From Octopus sinensis (lineage: Eukaryota): a DNA stretch of 64,000 nt. The notes below the pieces were generated by a model, which was given only the letters and a program-made list of their open reading frames with translations, ran no database searches and was not told where the DNA came from. Each line of letters opens with the position of its first letter. The stretch's first letter is position 1. Shown piece after piece: positions 60,782 through 64,000 of the stretch. The position numbers and the translations under genes are program-made. The DNA is taken from NCBI RefSeq assembly GCF_006345805.1, contig NC_043016.1, positions 14,508,001-14,572,000 of the forward strand, written 5' to 3'.

Positions 60782-61815
60782 ACATGGGCCGTGACTGCTG
60801 AGGACATGCGTAAGCTCACGAGGAATGAAGCCAGTATGCTCTGATGGATGTGTAATGTCAGTGTGCATACTCGACAGAGCGTTAGTACCTTGAGAGAAAT
60901 GTTGGACCTAAGAAGCATCAGTTGTGGTGTGCAAGAGAGACGATTGCACTGGTATGGTCATTTGGCGAGAATGGATGAAGATAGGTGTGGGAAAAAGTGC
61001 CAATCCCTAGCAGTTGAGGGAACCCGTGGAAGAGGTAGACCCAGGAAAACCTGGAACGAACTGGTGAAGCACGATCTTCGAACTTTAGGCCTCACCGAGG
61101 CAATGACTAGCAACTGAGACCTTTGGAAATATGCTGTGCATGAGAAGACCCGGCAGGACAAGTGAGTCCAGCCCACTTATGCATGTCTTTCCTCCCTTGG
61201 ACACACAAAGACCTGTTGAGGCAAGCGAAGTCGAAATCGAACCTCATCCAATGACAGGCACCCATGCCAACCTCCCTTCATTGGACACTAAACTCTGCTT
61301 GCGAAGACCTGTTGGGGCAAGTGAAATCGGAACCGAAATTGAACCAATCCTATGACTGGCACCCGGCAGTTACCAGGACCGCTGGACTGACTCCTGTGCA
61401 GGTGGCAAGTGAAGAAACACCATTTCGACCCTGTGCTTGAGGAGATCCATTGAGTCAAGTACACCGACATCAAAATCAATGGAAACTGCAGTTGTGATCC
61501 CTGAGCCGGTGGCACGTAAAAAGCACCATCTGAAGGTGACCGATGCCAGCGCCGCCTAGACTGGCTTCCATGCCGGTACACATGAAAAGCGCTATCCGAA
61601 TCGTGGCCATTGCCAGCCTCGCCTGGCACCTGTGCAGGTGGCACGTAAAAATCATCCACTACACTCACGGAGTGGTTGGCATTAGGGAGGGCATCCAGCT
61701 GTAGAAACACTGCCAGATCAGACTGGAGCCTAGTGCAGCCTTCTGGCTTCCCAGATCTCCGGTCGAACCGTCCAACTTGTGCTAGCATGGAGAACGGACA
61801 TTAAACGATGATGAT
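60782..61815 (+). mobile_element. RTE LINE 3' end, continuous from ORF to tail
   Basis: RRLHWYGHLARMDED and GRGRPRKTW, then a ~650-bp UTR to CGGACATTAAAC(GAT)n. Confidence 0.92.
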
Positions 61816-62399
61816 TTCAGAAAGGAAAAAAAAAAAAAAGAGGACAAATTTAAGCGGGGCAAAATGGGTAAAACAAGAGAAGGTAAATTTGCTTTTCTAG
61901 CATTACACTTCAAAAGAGACTCATACACATAAACATCCATCTTAGACATCGGAAAGATAAGAAATGCAACAAAAGTTAAAATATTTTGGTCAAAATGAAA
62001 GAGGATCACAGAAAAATAGCATAGGATATGAAATTAATGAAACTCAATTAAATCTAAAGTCAACATATAACATCTATAAGGTCTTCACCAAAAATTATCC
62101 AGATATTTTATTACTTACCTCAATTACAACCAGGTCAAATTTGAAGAAAAATTTCTTGAAAATAGTACCTGTCACCTATGTTTCATACTCTCAACTTCAA
62201 CAACCATGTAAACTATACTGACCAAATTTTACTCCCAAAGATGGTACCAAATGGGAGAAAATGACAAAATATCAGAAATCATTTATTTTGACAAAGTTAC
62301 CAATTTTGCCCTACTTCCATATAGTAATGATAGAATGATGAAAAATATAGGAGAAAATTAGAAAGAAAAATGGTTTGATTTAATGAAAAACATTTGCAT

Positions 62400-63580
62400 A
62401 TATAGAAACTCTATAAGATGCACCAAGTGTAAGCTATGGACACATAAGAGGTGCAGCAATGTCATAGGAAGGCTAACTTGGAAGATGGTTTTTGTATGTG
62501 GCAGATGCTCGGGAGCATTAACCTCTGAAAATCTGCAGAAAACAACTTCCGTCACTTTCCAGGGGGAAAAACTAGAAGTAGTTGATAGCTTCCGTTATCT
62601 TGGTGACCAAGTCAGTAGTGGGGGTGGGTGTGCTGAAAGTGTAACGGCTAGAGTAAGAATAGCCTGGGCAAAGTTTAGGGAGCTCTTACCTCTGTTGGTG
62701 ACTAAAGGCCTCTCGCTCAGAGTAAAAGGCAGACTGTATGATGCATGTGTACGAACAGCCATGCTACATGGCAGTGAAACATGGGCCGTGACTGCTGAGG
62801 ACATGCGTAAGCTCGCGAGAAATGAAGCTAGTATGCTCCGTTGGATGTGTAATGTCAGTGTTCATAGTCGACAGAGTGTAAGTACCTTGAGAGAAAAGTT
62901 GGACCTAAGAGGAATCAGATGTTGTGTGCAAGAGAGACGATTGCGCTGGTATGGTCATGTGGTGAGAATGGATGAAGATAGGTTGTGTGAAAAAGTGCCA
63001 CACCCTGGCAGTTGAGGGGACCTGTGGAAGAGGTAGACCCAGGAAAACCTGGGTCGAGGTGGTGAAGCACGACCTTCGAACTCTAGGTCTCACCAAGGAA
63101 ATGACCAGAGACCGAGACCTATGGAAGTATGCTGTGCGTGAGAAGACCCGGCAAGACCAGTGAGAACAATCAAAATCAAATCATATATCAGAAAGCAGGG
63201 GTTAAGTGACCCATCCGTTCGTGTCCGCTGTCAGCCTCGTCTGGCACCCATGCCGGTGATACGTAAAAGCACCATTCGCTCATGGCCGTTTGCCAGCTCT
63301 GCCTGGCCCCGTGTCGGTGGCACGTAAAAGCACCATCCGTTCGTGTTCGTTGCCAGCCTCGCCTGGCCCTGTGCCGGTGACACGTAAAAGCACCGTCCGT
63401 TCGTGGCCGTTTGCCAGCTCTGTCTGGCCCCGTGTTGGTGGCACGTAAAAGCACCATCCGTTCGTGGCCGTTTGCCAGCTCTGTCTGGCCCCGTGTTGGT
63501 GGCACGTAAAAGCACCATCCGTGTCCGTTGCCAGCCTCGGCTGGCCCCCGTGCCGGTGACACGTAAAAGCACCGTCCGCT
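62400..63580 (+). mobile_element. RTE LINE fragment with a ~60-bp UTR array
   Basis: ORF 62383-63015 (FRYLGDQV, AWAKFRELLP, HGSETW) and a frameshifted end at 63163, followed by tandem units; no tail. Confidence 0.92.
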
Positions 63581-63725
63581 GACAAATCAATTCACATGGA
63601 TGATAAATATGTATCAAGGCTGTATTTTCAAGGGTAATTCAGATACATGTGTATCCAAAGTTACTGGGTTTGCTGTGTATATAAATATATTGCTTATTTC
63701 CTTTGGGGTTAGTCAAACGACTTAC

Positions 63726-63790
63726 ACATCTTTGATGAAACACCAATAAGGGTTGAAAACCAATTATGGCTGATCATAATTTTTTTCAGT
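63726..63790 (-). CDS. candidate internal exon of the - strand gene (phase 2 to 1)
   Basis: ctatttctccatag|A...ATGT|gtaagt. The only open frame is LKKIMISHNWFSTLIGVSSKM. It is phase-compatible with exon 57280-57483. Confidence 0.35.
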
Positions 63791-64000
63791 CTATGGAGAA
63801 ATAGTTTTGAAGTCAACTATGTAGGTTTATACACACACACATGCACACATACACGCACGCATGCACGCACACATGCACACGCACACACATACACACACAC
63901 AAATTATGAAATGTCTTTTCAAAGAAAACGTTATAACCTTGAAGATATGTGACCCTATCAAGTGCAAATGGCTCCTTCTAACAACTGAAGTTGTTTTTTG

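Overview
AT-rich, repeat-dense eukaryotic genomic DNA. The SINE, RTE and microsatellite landscape looks like an octopus genome (inference). On the + strand are the last three coding exons of a PGAM5 ortholog (5502-5716, 7874-8004, 14686-14836). A second, unidentified gene probably converges on it from the - strand across very long introns; its best exon is 57280-57483 and its putative last exon lies near 15.9 kb. Most of the rest is transposon debris: RTE, CR1 and R4/Dong-like LINEs, Penelope-like GIY-YIG relics, mariner/maT/piggyBac/Tigger elements and MITEs, Helitron pieces, three tRNA-SINE families, satellites and microsatellites. There is one 100-N gap. The standout signal is four unrelated small non-coding elements carrying hammerhead-ribozyme (HHR) cores. 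Three are 5'-to-5' fold-backs and three sit in (TA)n tracts. They include a 359-bp retrozyme-like monomer with terminal redundancy (55030-55689) and a tRNA-headed HHR element (13837-14310). Repeat boundaries were read by eye and are approximate unless TSDs or TIRs are quoted.
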